Source of the DNA: a virus
Lineage: Duplodnaviria; Caudoviricetes
Length of the DNA stretch: 61,497 nt
IMG/VR virus record: IMGVR_UViG_3300030104_001836
Span: 1 to 61,497 of that record
Strand: one strand, 5' to 3'
In this document: one piece after another, positions 46,440 to 56,126 of the stretch
How the letters are laid out: every line of letters starts with the position of its first letter
How positions within the stretch are numbered: position 1 is the stretch's first letter
Notes under the pieces: model-generated
What the model was told of the DNA's origin: nothing
Databases searched by the model: none
The model's input: only the letters and a program-made list of their open reading frames with translations
Translations under genes and position numbers: made by a program

Positions 46440-48901
46440 TATTTTTTTTCTCCTTTAGATGATACTATTCTTTCATTAGAGCGAATACGACCTGCTTCTC
46501 TTTTTTCTTGAGATTTTCTTTCTTGAGCTTTTTGATTCATTTCTGTTGCCATTTTCATATCATTCATTTCTTTTTGTAAACGAAGTTTTTCTACTTCTAA
46601 TTCTAATTTTTGCATTTCTAATTGGTTTTTCATTTCCAATTCTTTGTTTTTTAAATCATTACGCATCATATCATCTTGTGCTTCTTGTTGTGCTTCTTGT
46701 TGACGTAATTGTAAATCTTGTTGCATTAATTGTACTCTAGGGTCTTGCATTGCTTGTTGATTTTGTTGTGCTTGAATTAATGCTTGATTTCTTTGTGCAA
46801 TAGTATTTGCAACATTAGCCTGTGCAATAGATACTTGATTTTCTGTATCTGGATCAAGTGATTCATATTTATCATCTTTAGCTGGATTTTCTTTATTGTA
46901 ATCGGGAGGAGTAGGTAATTCTTGTTGACTTTCCATTTCTATCATTTGTCTATACAGATGTGCTTTATGTTCTGCAATATGTGAAGTTACAAGTTGCATT
47001 AATTGATTTGCCATCTGTTGACCTAATGCAGGATTAGATGATTGTGGCAAATTAGAAGGATCACTAACAAATGCTGTGTGTACAGCAATGTGTGCTTCGT
47101 GCTCTTGCCAACCATATGCTTTAACAGGTCTTCCTTGTAACATAGAATAATTTTCCGTAGCTGGGTCTAATGGTTTCTCACCCATCTCTGGCATAATTAA
47201 ATCATCTATGTTTTCTATATTGAGAGCTTCATACATTCTTTTGTATGCTTCACGCAAATCATGTATTTGCGGTGCAGATTGTGCCATTTGTAATTGAGTT
47301 TGTGCAAGTATAACTCTTTGTGCTGTGGAGAAAATATTAGGATCAGAGACAGGGAAAACATCTACCCTGCCATCAAAATCCTTTTTAAATACAAATCGGC
47401 TTATACCCTCAACATCGTAAGGGTAATAATCCGGCAAGTAGTCTGCATTGATTCTCGATAAAACTTTTAATTCTTCTTTTTGTGTATTGTGTAATCTTTT
47501 ATGAATAGACGACATTACCTTTGTACCTTGCTCCAACAACGCTATCGTTGTCCCTACTGGAGCTTGGGTGTTGCCATCACCAACTTGCATATCAGTAATA
47601 GCGGCTAGTCGTCTACCCTCATCCGTCATTGCACCAAGTAATTGTGTTAACACTTGAGACGGTTCTTTAAATGGTAATGGTATAACCGATTTTTTTATAT
47701 CATCACCATAACCTTCAACATCTCTAAATTCACCAAAGCCTATAGGTGTATCACCACCTTCTACTCTCATTCCTCTTGCTTTAAATCCAGCAGGAAGATT
47801 AGAGAATTGACCAGCATCAATTAAAGATCGTAATATTGTCGTTGCCGATTTTTGTAAATTACCTAATAAGTGTACATATCCAAGTCCATAAAAACCAAAT
47901 CCGGGAATAAACTTGTAATGTACAAAATGTTGTATTCTTTTTTTCTCTTCATCATCTTCATAGTAGTTAGCACGAATGCTTAAAACTTCAGATGTATCTT
48001 TACAAATAGTTACAATATAAGGAAGTGCTACATTGTTTTCATCTTCAAAACCTTCAAGGTCAAGATCAACGTGCATTTCTAGTAATGTATAAATTTTATC
48101 TTTAGAAGAAGCGTCTCTTGTTACGCCTTGTACTTCTTGTATCTTATCTTCGATATCCCCTGTTTCTGGAGATGCATCACCCATCATATCCATCTCTTTA
48201 TAAAAACCAGATACAATTCTTTTTCGTAATTCGTTTTCTGTTAAACGAATAACATGAGTGTATCTTCCAGAAGAACGAAGATCGGGTGTATCATACGAAA
48301 TGATAAAATCTTCGACAGGGATAAATCGTGCTATAGGTCTCTTTAAGGATTCATCGTAATAAATCTTCTTAAAGCATGAACCTACAATCGGGAGGTAGAA
48401 AAGCATTTGATCTAAATCGTCAAAAAATTCTTCCATGACTTCAGTAATCTGATAGTTCATAAAGTTTTTAACACGATGTGCTTGTTTAGATTTCTCTGGT
48501 GTTACAGAGCCTACAACTTTTGTACGAACTGGCCCATTAGCTGGGTATAATTCTTTAATTGCTTGGGATTGAAATTGTACTGCCGCTTCAACCATTAAAG
48601 GATGATGTGCAGAACACGCACCTTGGAATGGTCTGTGTGTATCTTCTAATTTTAATCCCAAAAGATCAATACCTTTTTTCATAGTCGCTTCATATTCACT
48701 ACGACTACGTTTATCAGATTCATATTGATCAATTAATTCACTAGATAAAGACTCTAATTGGTCTTCATCCATTTTATCAGCAAGGTTATCATCAATACCA
48801 ACAGTAATAGTAGTTTCTTCTATTACTTCATCTGGTGTAATTACTTGCACTTGATCCATTTCAACTGTTTGGTCAAATTCTGATGTTTTTTGTCTTGCCA
48901 T
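46439..48901 (-). CDS. portal protein (P22-like, long Q-rich C-terminal barrel)
   Basis: HPLMVEAAVQFQ, GFGFYGLG, LIDAG..SNLPAGFK; follows TerL. Confidence 0.88.
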   Translation of the reverse strand: MARQKTSEFDQTVEMDQVQVITPDEVIEETTITVGIDDNLADKMDEDQLESLSSELIDQYESDKRSRSEYEATMKKGIDLLGLKLEDTHRPFQGACSAHHPLMVEAAVQFQSQAIKELYPANGPVRTKVVGSVTPEKSKQAHRVKNFMNYQITEVMEEFFDDLDQMLFYLPIVGSCFKKIYYDESLKRPIARFIPVEDFIISYDTPDLRSSGRYTHVIRLTENELRKRIVSGFYKEMDMMGDASPETGDIEDKIQEVQGVTRDASSKDKIYTLLEMHVDLDLEGFEDENNVALPYIVTICKDTSEVLSIRANYYEDDEEKKRIQHFVHYKFIPGFGFYGLGYVHLLGNLQKSATTILRSLIDAGQFSNLPAGFKARGMRVEGGDTPIGFGEFRDVEGYGDDIKKSVIPLPFKEPSQVLTQLLGAMTDEGRRLAAITDMQVGDGNTQAPVGTTIALLEQGTKVMSSIHKRLHNTQKEELKVLSRINADYLPDYYPYDVEGISRFVFKKDFDGRVDVFPVSDPNIFSTAQRVILAQTQLQMAQSAPQIHDLREAYKRMYEALNIENIDDLIMPEMGEKPLDPATENYSMLQGRPVKAYGWQEHEAHIAVHTAFVSDPSNLPQSSNPALGQQMANQLMQLVTSHIAEHKAHLYRQMIEMESQQELPTPPDYNKENPAKDDKYESLDPDTENQVSIAQANVANTIAQRNQALIQAQQNQQAMQDPRVQLMQQDLQLRQQEAQQEAQDDMMRNDLKNKELEMKNQLEMQKLELEVEKLRLQKEMNDMKMATEMNQKAQERKSQEKREAGRIRSNERIVSSKGEKK

Positions 48902-48921
48902 ATTTTAAAAAATTTTTTTTA

Positions 48922-50391
48922 TTACCAATAACTACCTGTAGGTGCAGAAGGTTCTAGTGGAATGTCCTGCGGATGTTCTACAAATAGTCCTTGTCTTAAT
49001 CGCATTAACGCTTGTGTCGTAGAATCTACCAAATCATCGTAATTTGATGATGGAAATTGTGCACATTGGTTAATAACATCCTCTGCCCAATATTTTGATG
49101 AAGGATACCATACCCTTCCAGACTCAAATAGTGGCGTTACAGAGTGTGCTCTTGTCTTTTTATCTGCTTTTTTAGGATTAAAAGGCGTAATAGGTATACC
49201 TGCTCTTTGTAATTCCTGTATGAGCGACCAACCAGATGCTTTTGCTTCAATTAACACCACGTCTGGCCTAAATTCATTGTATAATTTAATAGCTTCTGAC
49301 TTGAGTTCGGGAAATTCCCACCTCTCACGTCTAGCTGATAGTAAAATAGCATTCTGTATGCCATTATGTTCAAATATACCCCATGTAGTTACTGCACTGT
49401 AGTCACTTGTGCTCTTAACAGTATACGCAGTATCCCATGATTGCAAGATATAATTGCATTCGGGGGGGTTATCTTCTGTCCATTCTTTCCACCAGTACCT
49501 TTTTAGGATGTTTCCTTCTTCAGCACTTGGTCTTTGCATATAGAGAGAGTTCCACTCTCTCGATCCTGCTGTTTTTTTTATCTCTTCTAATCGTTTTTTA
49601 TCGTAGGCTTCAGGCCAAAGGGCTTGACCCTTTGGTCGTTTCAAAATTTTTGAGGCTTTCTCGTCTAGTACCGCAGGTAGTTCTACAACTTCCCATGGTT
49701 CGTGACTTGTTTCTCGTAATATCCATCCTGCTAAATCGTCTTCATGCCATCTGGTTTGTATTAGGATAATACTACCACCGGGCATTAATCGTGAATATGC
49801 AGTTGATCTATACCAATCGATTAAGTTAGAACGCATTGCGTCACTATCTGCATCTTCCCTACCTTTAATTGGGTCGTCTATTAGGAGTAAGTGTGCACCC
49901 CTACCGGTAATTGCCCCGCCAGCACCTACTGCATAATACACACCACTACCGGTGGTATGGAATCTTCTAACAGAACTACTATCCTTTGACAAGGTACAAT
50001 CGTTAAATATACGATTATAGTCTTCATCCTGTATTTGATTGCGTACTGACCTACCAAAATCATCCGCTAAGTCTTGTGCGTAGGTTGTTGCAATAACAAA
50101 TTTACTAGGGTTGCGACCTAAATACCATGCAGGAAAAAATTGTGACGTTAGCTGACTCTTGCCATGTCTAGGTGGCATGAATATTGCTAATCGTTTAATG
50201 TTACCTCGCTCTACTTCTTCAAGTTTATGAGCTAGTAATTTAATGTGGGCAGGTGTTTGGTATTCGGGCATTTGGAATTTTGCGTATTCCAAAAGTGAAC
50301 CTTGTACTTTATCGTGTTTTTCTAAAACGGATAGCCTATTTATGGCTTTTTGTAGTGCAGAAATTTTATCTATTTGTTCTGCTGTTTGCAT
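48922..50391 (-). CDS. terL: terminase large subunit
   Basis: MPPRHGKS, GRGAHLLLIDDP, QTRWHEDDL, SWDTA, YDDLVDS. Confidence 0.95.
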   Translation of the reverse strand: MQTAEQIDKISALQKAINRLSVLEKHDKVQGSLLEYAKFQMPEYQTPAHIKLLAHKLEEVERGNIKRLAIFMPPRHGKSQLTSQFFPAWYLGRNPSKFVIATTYAQDLADDFGRSVRNQIQDEDYNRIFNDCTLSKDSSSVRRFHTTGSGVYYAVGAGGAITGRGAHLLLIDDPIKGREDADSDAMRSNLIDWYRSTAYSRLMPGGSIILIQTRWHEDDLAGWILRETSHEPWEVVELPAVLDEKASKILKRPKGQALWPEAYDKKRLEEIKKTAGSREWNSLYMQRPSAEEGNILKRYWWKEWTEDNPPECNYILQSWDTAYTVKSTSDYSAVTTWGIFEHNGIQNAILLSARRERWEFPELKSEAIKLYNEFRPDVVLIEAKASGWSLIQELQRAGIPITPFNPKKADKKTRAHSVTPLFESGRVWYPSSKYWAEDVINQCAQFPSSNYDDLVDSTTQALMRLRQGLFVEHPQDIPLEPSAPTGSYW

Positions 50392-50724
50392 ATGTAGGTA
50401 TTACTTTGTTTTTTTGAATTTTCTACCTACAAAAAATACTACAAGGTTTTGTGCTGTATTAACTGTGACCATTAATAACAACCACATTTCCCATAATTCC
50501 ATTAATTTTTTTTGACGTATTAATTCAGTATAGAATTATAACATATTTTAAAAAAAAACACAAGCAATCCTTTATTTTAATAGGGGGGTATCTGCTATAT
50601 AGTGTTAAAATATAATTTACTGGCTATATGGATGTTATATCGATTATGTCAGATGGGGGGGTGGGGGTACTTATTGTTGCCTTGCCCTGTCTTTTCCTAT
50701 CCAGCTTGGGCTTTGGTCTCTGGT

Positions 50725-51255
50725 TTAGTGTGGCTTCTTGCCTTGCCCTATGTTCTCTGGCTTTTCTTCTAGCCCTAGATCATACATTAACTTAGAAATA
50801 TAATCCTTTAGCTCGTTTTGTGTTAAGCTCTCTATGTTATTAAGTTCCGTTCTTTCTGATACACCACCAGTTAAGACTTGAACCTGTTTACTGACAGATA
50901 AAGCTAGATCACCTAACGCTTTTATATGTTCTGGTTTATCTATGTTAGTTATGTTCAATGTTTGATTTATTTTAATTAATAGTTTCTTGTTAATCTCTTG
51001 TAGTTCGCTGATCTCATTAAATGTTTTTTCACTTAATTCTATACTATGCTTTTCTTTCATGGTCTGACGTGCTTTAAAATCGGTTTCTTTGGCTAATTCA
51101 ACCCAATTATATTTGCTACACCACCTTTTCAATGTGTCATAAGCTGGGGAATTAATACCTAATATTTTATTTAATTTATTAAGTGAGCGACCTTGACCAA
51201 GTTCTAAATATTTATTCAATGCTTCTTCTGGTTTTATGGTTATTTTTCTACTCAT
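50725..51255 (-). CDS. putative terminase small subunit
   Basis: N-terminal HTH (RSLNKL..TLKRWCSKYNW), helical, upstream of TerL. Confidence 0.6.
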   Translation of the reverse strand: MSRKITIKPEEALNKYLELGQGRSLNKLNKILGINSPAYDTLKRWCSKYNWVELAKETDFKARQTMKEKHSIELSEKTFNEISELQEINKKLLIKINQTLNITNIDKPEHIKALGDLALSVSKQVQVLTGGVSERTELNNIESLTQNELKDYISKLMYDLGLEEKPENIGQGKKPH

Positions 51256-51433
51256 AATTTGTTTTATCTCTCTATATGTAATATGTTTAATTAGTGGCTA
51301 AAAACAGGGAAAAACTAATATTTTTTTTAAAGCTTTGTTTTGGCTGTTTTTGGCTGTTTTCTGGGGAATTCATGTTTTACTTTTTTACTCCCTTTTTACT
51401 GTTTATTTACTATAATTATTTTAATTAAATCTA

Positions 51434-51450
51434 TTGTAATAATTTCAAAT
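51434..51450 (+). promoter_or_regulatory. operator/promoter repeat 1
   Basis: TTGTAATAATTTCAAAT. Confidence 0.65.
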
Positions 51451-51493
51451 CTATATTAAATCACTAACTATGAATAATAAGAAAGGTTATAAA

Positions 51494-51739
51494 ATGAATA
51501 CACCAAAACAATTAGATTTATTTAATGACTTACCTAATAAAAGAGTTGATACTGTGAGAGTAGGCACAACCTTAAAAGGTTTTTTCCATATTGCTTGTTT
51601 GGTTTTAATTAATCCAGCTAACAAGAGAAATGGCGTAAACGATAAAACTTTTAAAATGATTATGAACCTATGCGAACAAATCGAAAAACAAGGGGTTTTA
51701 GATATGGATCAACTAGGATTATTAAAAGAAAACAATTAA
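51494..51739 (+). CDS. hypothetical early protein
   Basis: ORF 51470..; GAAAGG SD favours the ATG at 51494. Confidence 0.65.
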   Translation: MNTPKQLDLFNDLPNKRVDTVRVGTTLKGFFHIACLVLINPANKRNGVNDKTFKMIMNLCEQIEKQGVLDMDQLGLLKENN

Positions 51740-51785
51740 TTTATTATCGAATTATAGCATAATATAAGGAAAAAATAAAGGAAAT

Positions 51786-51809
51786 AGGGGGCAAATGCCC
51801 CCTTTTTTT
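51786..51809 (+). terminator. Rho-independent terminator between convergent genes
   Basis: AGGGGGCA/TGCCCCCT stem plus T run. Confidence 0.85.
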
Positions 51810-51814
51810 GTTTA

Positions 51815-52213
51815 TTACATACTGAATTGATCAACACTTTTAAACTGATATTCCATATCGTCTGTGTCTGGCTCTTGTAATAGTTCTTTTTCTAAATAAC
51901 TTGGTAAATGATGATGAGGAATATCACGAACTTTTTTATTTTCAAAATGTCTATCCCTTTCAATACCTAAACCAAAACGACCTTTTACGCTTTCTAATTC
52001 TGTAAGGGAAAATGTGCCGTATTCATTTTCAAATCCAGAAACATAACCGTAGAAAATTTTGTTTTCTGGGTCATATTCTGTAGCGTACCAAGTCCAAGAG
52101 CCAGTAGGATCAAAGAACTTGACAATTATTTCAGCATTTAAACCCTTTTCTTCTTGCGAATAAAAAGGAAATTTAAGGGCTTTTTTCTCTATTTCTTTTG
52201 TCATTAGTTGCAT
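51815..52213 (-). CDS. DUF2958 family protein
   Basis: VKFFDPTGSWTWYATE, EYGTFSLTEL, IERDRHF. Confidence 0.8.
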   Translation of the reverse strand: MQLMTKEIEKKALKFPFYSQEEKGLNAEIIVKFFDPTGSWTWYATEYDPENKIFYGYVSGFENEYGTFSLTELESVKGRFGLGIERDRHFENKKVRDIPHHHLPSYLEKELLQEPDTDDMEYQFKSVDQFSM

Positions 52214-52255
52214 TTTTTCAACCTTTCTTTTTATTAATAATTATTTATAAATTAT

Positions 52256-52272
52256 ATTTGAAATAATTACAA
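52256..52272 (-). promoter_or_regulatory. operator/promoter repeat 2
   Basis: Minus strand TTGTAATTATTTCAAAT, in a divergent intergenic region. Confidence 0.65.
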
Positions 52273-52317
52273 ACATATTATAAAAGAATATTAATAATAA
52301 TTAGAAAGGGTTTAATT

Positions 52318-52500
52318 ATGAAAAACGAAATAAATAAATTATTGATAGATAGTATCAATATAAATAATATTAATAAAATGAAATTATCTAAATTAAATTT
52401 TATTAATGATCTTCTTGATGGTAAATTATCAGAAGAAGAAAAAACAAAAAGAATTAATAAGATATTTTTAGAAGAAGAAAAAAGAAAGGGTAAAAAATGA
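52318..52500 (+). CDS. hypothetical early protein
   Basis: GAAAGGG SD. Confidence 0.6.
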   Translation: MKNEINKLLIDSININNINKMKLSKLNFINDLLDGKLSEEEKTKRINKIFLEEEKRKGKK

Positions 52501-52592
52501 ATTTTAAACAAATGATGACAGTATTTTTTACAGGTTATTTTACTTGTATTATTTCTTTTGCTTTCTTTCACATTTTTACGATGGTCGTATAA
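52497..52592 (+). CDS. 31-aa TM peptide, not in ORF track
   Basis: MNFKQMMTVFFTGYFTCIISFAFFHIFTMVV; GAAAGGG SD, ATGA coupling. Confidence 0.55.
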   Translation: MNFKQMMTVFFTGYFTCIISFAFFHIFTMVV

Positions 52593-52593
52593 A

Positions 52594-53016
52594 ATGGGTG
52601 ATAGAGTTAGTATACAATTTATAGACAATGACGGGGACAAGTCCCCCGTTTTGTTTCATCATTGGGGCGGAACTTATTTTCCTAAATTTGCTTTAACTTG
52701 GTTTAGAGAGTTAAAAAGCAAACTTAAAAAAAATGATTACGATCCAATAACACGCCTTGAGTCAAGAAATATGCTAGTTCAATTTATTTCTCATTTAAAA
52801 AGTAGAGAAGAATTGAGAGAGTGTACAGGTTTTGAAAAAGATGAAAAAGGAAAGGATATTTTTGATAAACCTATTTATTCTGATGAATTATTATCTCATA
52901 GTATTTATTTGGGAACAAATGAAAATGATGGAGATAATTCAGACAATGGACATTATGTTATTTACACGCAAAAAAATGAAATGTTCAACGATAAAGGGGA
53001 AAAAATTGAATTATAA
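52594..53016 (+). CDS. hypothetical early protein
   Basis: MGDRVSIQF..LFHHWGG..GDNSDNGHY. Confidence 0.7.
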   Translation: MGDRVSIQFIDNDGDKSPVLFHHWGGTYFPKFALTWFRELKSKLKKNDYDPITRLESRNMLVQFISHLKSREELRECTGFEKDEKGKDIFDKPIYSDELLSHSIYLGTNENDGDNSDNGHYVIYTQKNEMFNDKGEKIEL

Positions 53017-53025
53017 AACAATCAT

Positions 53026-53052
53026 AAGGGGCGTAATAACTACGCCCTTTTT
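53026..53052 (+). terminator. Rho-independent terminator
   Basis: GGGCGTA/TACGCCC stem plus T run. Confidence 0.75.
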
Positions 53053-53076
53053 AACTTTAAACAATAGGATATAAAT

Positions 53077-53427
53077 ATGTTTATAAAAAATATAAAATTA
53101 GATGTGATAGCGTCTTTTGATAATGATTTTGAACAAGAGTGGTTTAATTGTGTTGTCACAGAAAAAAGTTTAAAGAGTGAAAAAACTTTAATAAATTACA
53201 TAAAAAAACAATTAGAAAACCCAATGGAAAGTTTATACAAAATATCTTTGTGTTGGTATTGTAATGAAGATATGGTTAATAAATACAAAACCATAAAAGA
53301 AAGCGTTAATAAAAATGCAAAATACTTTTTTACGAAAGGAAAATTAGATGAGAGTTGGAAAGATTATGACAATCGAGTAAAAATGTCTGGAGATAATCCA
53401 ACAGGAGAACTTGATGATGTTCGATAG
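53077..53427 (+). CDS. hypothetical early protein
   Basis: 116 aa, AGGA SD. Confidence 0.65.
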   Translation: MFIKNIKLDVIASFDNDFEQEWFNCVVTEKSLKSEKTLINYIKKQLENPMESLYKISLCWYCNEDMVNKYKTIKESVNKNAKYFFTKGKLDESWKDYDNRVKMSGDNPTGELDDVR

Positions 53428-53635
53428 AATACTTGATAAATGCCCTAATTGTAGAAAAGATAATATACCTTTTATCCTATACGATAATATGGGGATTTCT
53501 TGTGGTTATGTTTGTGATGAGTGTGTTGAGGAAAGAAAGAAAGAATATGACCCAATTATATTTAAAAAAAATACAAAAGAATATAGGCAAAAAGTTGCTG
53601 AATATGGAGAGGAGTTTGAACCAGATGGCTACTAG
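53411..53635 (+). CDS. Zn-finger small protein
   Basis: CPNC...CDEC; AGGAG SD. Confidence 0.65.
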   Translation: MMMFDRILDKCPNCRKDNIPFILYDNMGISCGYVCDECVEERKKEYDPIIFKKNTKEYRQKVAEYGEEFEPDGY

Positions 53636-53810
53636 AAACGAAATAATATATTGGAAAAGAGTCAGTAATTTAGTCGATATGATTGATAAAATAGACGAAA
53701 AAGACGAGGTTTATAGGGAAATGTGGAAAGATAAATTAAGAGATTTAATGCTCACAAAATTACCTAAAATACCTACTGATGAAAACCCAATCAAACCACT
53801 AAAACATTGA
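53625..53810 (+). CDS. hypothetical protein
   Basis: 3' part of ORF 53433..53810; likely start MATRNE after GAGGAG. Confidence 0.6.
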   Translation: MATRNEIIYWKRVSNLVDMIDKIDEKDEVYREMWKDKLRDLMLTKLPKIPTDENPIKPLKH

Positions 53811-53885
53811 TTATTTGATGAAAATCTATATAAATAAGCTAATTTATTATAGTCATTATTAATAAATTTCCTTGTTGTTTGGGAT

Positions 53886-53911
53886 AAAAGGGGGGAAACC
53901 CCCTTTTTTTT
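53886..53911. terminator. bidirectional terminator
   Basis: AAAAGGGGG-GAAA-CCCCCTTTT between convergent genes. Confidence 0.85.
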
Positions 53912-54056
53912 ATTTTATTCTTTGCAAAATAACATCATCATAACCTTGACTTATCCAGTAGTCATAATCTCTTTTTGCATCTTTGTAATGTAAATAATAA
54001 TCATCACAACCACCTACCCAAACTATCCATGAATAAGTCATTTTATGATGTTTCAT
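53910..54056 (-). CDS. 48-aa protein, not in ORF track
   Basis: MKHHKMTYSWIVWVGGCDDYY...GYDDVILQRIK. Confidence 0.6.
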   Translation of the reverse strand: MKHHKMTYSWIVWVGGCDDYYLHYKDAKRDYDYWISQGYDDVILQRIK

Positions 54057-54192
54057 GTTCTAATTCTTCTTGTGAAATAGCTATTTTATCGCTTTCACTA
54101 TCCCAATAATCTTGCATTGGATCACGATCTGGATCATATCCAAGCTGTTCAATTAATTCAGCTTTTTCTTTTTTTCTATTATTTTCTGGCAT
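54043..54192 (-). CDS. 49-aa acidic protein, not in ORF track
   Basis: MPENNRKKEKAELIEQLGYDPDRDPMQDYW..; GAAAGGTGG SD. Confidence 0.6.
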   Translation of the reverse strand: MPENNRKKEKAELIEQLGYDPDRDPMQDYWDSESDKIAISQEELEHETS

Positions 54193-54249
54193 AAAACCAC
54201 CTTTCTTTAATATTTATATAAAAAAATGTAAAAAAAAGCAATTTAATTG

Positions 54250-54266
54250 TTGAAATTTTTTCAAAT
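54250..54266 (+). promoter_or_regulatory. operator/promoter repeat 3
   Basis: TTGAAATTTTTTCAAAT, in a divergent intergenic region. Confidence 0.6.
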
Positions 54267-54284
54267 ATTCTCATATATACATAT

Positions 54285-54617
54285 ATGAATAAAAAAAATA
54301 ATAATACAAGTGAAATAGAGTTGTTGGTTGACGATTTAAAAAAGAGAAATCTTTTACCTACTGACAAAGATATAATAAAATTTCTTGAAACAGCATTAGA
54401 TTATTATTGTATCACAGCAGAGAGAGATATCTTTATTGTACCACCAGCTAAAAAAGAAGATCACATAATTTATTTAATGGAAGAAATTATGAAAACTGTT
54501 CGCATGATTTGTAAACAAATTATTGAGAACAAAAGATCACCTTTAGTTGATGGCATGAGATTTGATAAATTTTTTCAAAAAGAATTTGATAAAGTGAAAA
54601 AAAGTTATGCCAATTAG
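54285..54617 (+). CDS. hypothetical early protein
   Basis: 110-aa ORF. Confidence 0.6.
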   Translation: MNKKNNNTSEIELLVDDLKKRNLLPTDKDIIKFLETALDYYCITAERDIFIVPPAKKEDHIIYLMEEIMKTVRMICKQIIENKRSPLVDGMRFDKFFQKEFDKVKKSYAN

Positions 54618-54951
54618 TAAAGAAGAATTAAAAGAAATCAAAAAGTTAGCTCTAGATTATAGGGCTAACTGTGTTTTTACCTCTTGGGATTGTTATGATA
54701 AAGACCCAAACAGATGGGCAGATAATTTAAGAATGATTTTTTTACCAATAGGTTTAGGTGCTAACATAAAAAAAGAACATACTTTTTTTTATTGTTATAG
54801 AAACCCAAGACATGAACTACCAAAAGGTTTTAATGGTTTTCCTATGTTTGACAGAGTAAATTGTTTTACAAAGGAAAAAGAAGAAAAGTTATTAGAAATA
54901 TTAAAAACTTTAGAAACAAAAGAACAAAAAGAGTTAGATAAGATAAATTAA
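54607..54951 (+). CDS. hypothetical early protein
   Basis: 114 aa; MIFLPIGLG, NGFPMF. Confidence 0.7.
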   Translation: MPISKEELKEIKKLALDYRANCVFTSWDCYDKDPNRWADNLRMIFLPIGLGANIKKEHTFFYCYRNPRHELPKGFNGFPMFDRVNCFTKEKEEKLLEILKTLETKEQKELDKIN

Positions 54952-54962
54952 GTTTTATATAC

Positions 54963-54979
54963 TTGCAATCATTTCAAAT
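54963..54979 (+). promoter_or_regulatory. operator/promoter repeat 4
   Basis: TTGCAATCATTTCAAAT. Confidence 0.65.
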
Positions 54980-55016
54980 TAGTTTAAAGATATATTTAAA
55001 CAAACAAGGAGTTTTT

Positions 55017-55553
55017 ATGGAAAACTTTAGACTATCTACTAAAAGTAATCTTAGAGATTTACCAATTAAGCAACGAATAAAAGCTATTCAAGAACAATCT
55101 AAATTATATGATGTTAAACCTCTTACTTGGGAACAAGCTAAAAAAACATTAGCTTATGTGACTGCTGGAAAAACATATATTAATGACACTTACCAAGTCC
55201 AGCATTGTGTTGGAAACGAGGTGCATGATTTGTTTGATCCAAAATTAAAAGGGGATTTAGATTATCTATCAATTAAAAGACATGATAAAAAACCTTGTCG
55301 TAATTGGACAGATTTTCAACAAATTAAAAATATGATTTGTAAAAACGGTGAGAATAGATTTGCAGTTGAAATTTATCCACCAGAAAAGTTTTTAGTTAAT
55401 TCAGCAAATCAATATCATCTTTGGGTATTTGATGAAAAAGTTGATCTTGGTTTTGGTTTTAGATACAGAAATGTAAATTTAAAACATGGGTATCAAACTG
55501 TTAAAGTAAATGGAGTTGAGTTTACTACTGGACAAGGAGATATTGATGAGTAA
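55017..55553 (+). CDS. conserved phage protein (DUF7694-like)
   Basis: LSIKRHD..W.DFQQIKN..AVEIYPP..LVN.AN.YHLW; AAGGAG SD before 55017. Confidence 0.65.
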   Translation: MENFRLSTKSNLRDLPIKQRIKAIQEQSKLYDVKPLTWEQAKKTLAYVTAGKTYINDTYQVQHCVGNEVHDLFDPKLKGDLDYLSIKRHDKKPCRNWTDFQQIKNMICKNGENRFAVEIYPPEKFLVNSANQYHLWVFDEKVDLGFGFRYRNVNLKHGYQTVKVNGVEFTTGQGDIDE

Positions 55554-55725
55554 AAAATTTGATCTTAAAGACAAAGTAAAAACTAAAGAAGATAAGGAAT
55601 TTTATGACAAATATATGAAAATGATAAATGATGTAAAAGGTAATAAAAACTTATCAAAAGAAAAAAAGTTAGAGAGTTTTTTTGAACAATTAAACAAATG
55701 GGAAGATGAAGAAGAAAACTCATAA
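55546..55725 (+). CDS. hypothetical protein
   Basis: MSKKFDL.. after AAGGAG. Confidence 0.6.
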   Translation: MSKKFDLKDKVKTKEDKEFYDKYMKMINDVKGNKNLSKEKKLESFFEQLNKWEDEEENS

Positions 55726-56119
55726 GAAAGAGAGCTGTGGGTACTGTGGATTACAGTACCTTACAGACAATATGATTGGTCATTATCCTACACAAGACAA
55801 GACAAATTATACTTACTACTGTATAAGATGCTACAATTTTGGAAAACATTTAAAGGAGAAAATAAATAATGAAGAAGATAGAATTAGAACAATTCGTAGC
55901 ACGGAAAAAAAGAATGACCTCAAAAGAGTTCACAAAAATAACCGACAACATATTCGGACAGAACGACATAATGAAGATAGCAACATATCTTGGTCTAACT
56001 TGGAGACAAATATACAATTACAAAAAAGGGGTGACAGATATACCAAATCCTGTGGCATTGTGTTTGTTTCAAAAAAAGATCATAGACCGAATACCACAAA
56101 ATTGGATAGGAAAAATTGA
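55706..56119 (+). CDS. Zn-finger protein with overlapping C-terminal extension
   Basis: CGYC...CIRC. Confidence 0.5.
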   Translation: MKKKTHKKESCGYCGLQYLTDNMIGHYPTQDKTNYTYYCIRCYNFGKHLKEKINNEEDRIRTIRSTEKKNDLKRVHKNNRQHIRTERHNEDSNISWSNLETNIQLQKRGDRYTKSCGIVFVSKKDHRPNTTKLDRKN

Positions 56120-56126
56120 TGGCTAA
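55869..56126 (+). CDS. XRE/Cro-like HTH protein
   Basis: IATYLGLTWRQIYNYKKG..IP; AAGGAG SD. Confidence 0.7.
   Translation: MKKIELEQFVARKKRMTSKEFTKITDNIFGQNDIMKIATYLGLTWRQIYNYKKGVTDIPNPVALCLFQKKIIDRIPQNWIGKIDG

Noticed and set aside
52278-52640. Minus-strand 120-aa ORF, also 52832..53074 and 54179..54367
   Set aside because: Overlap better-supported genes with SDs; low-complexity shadows
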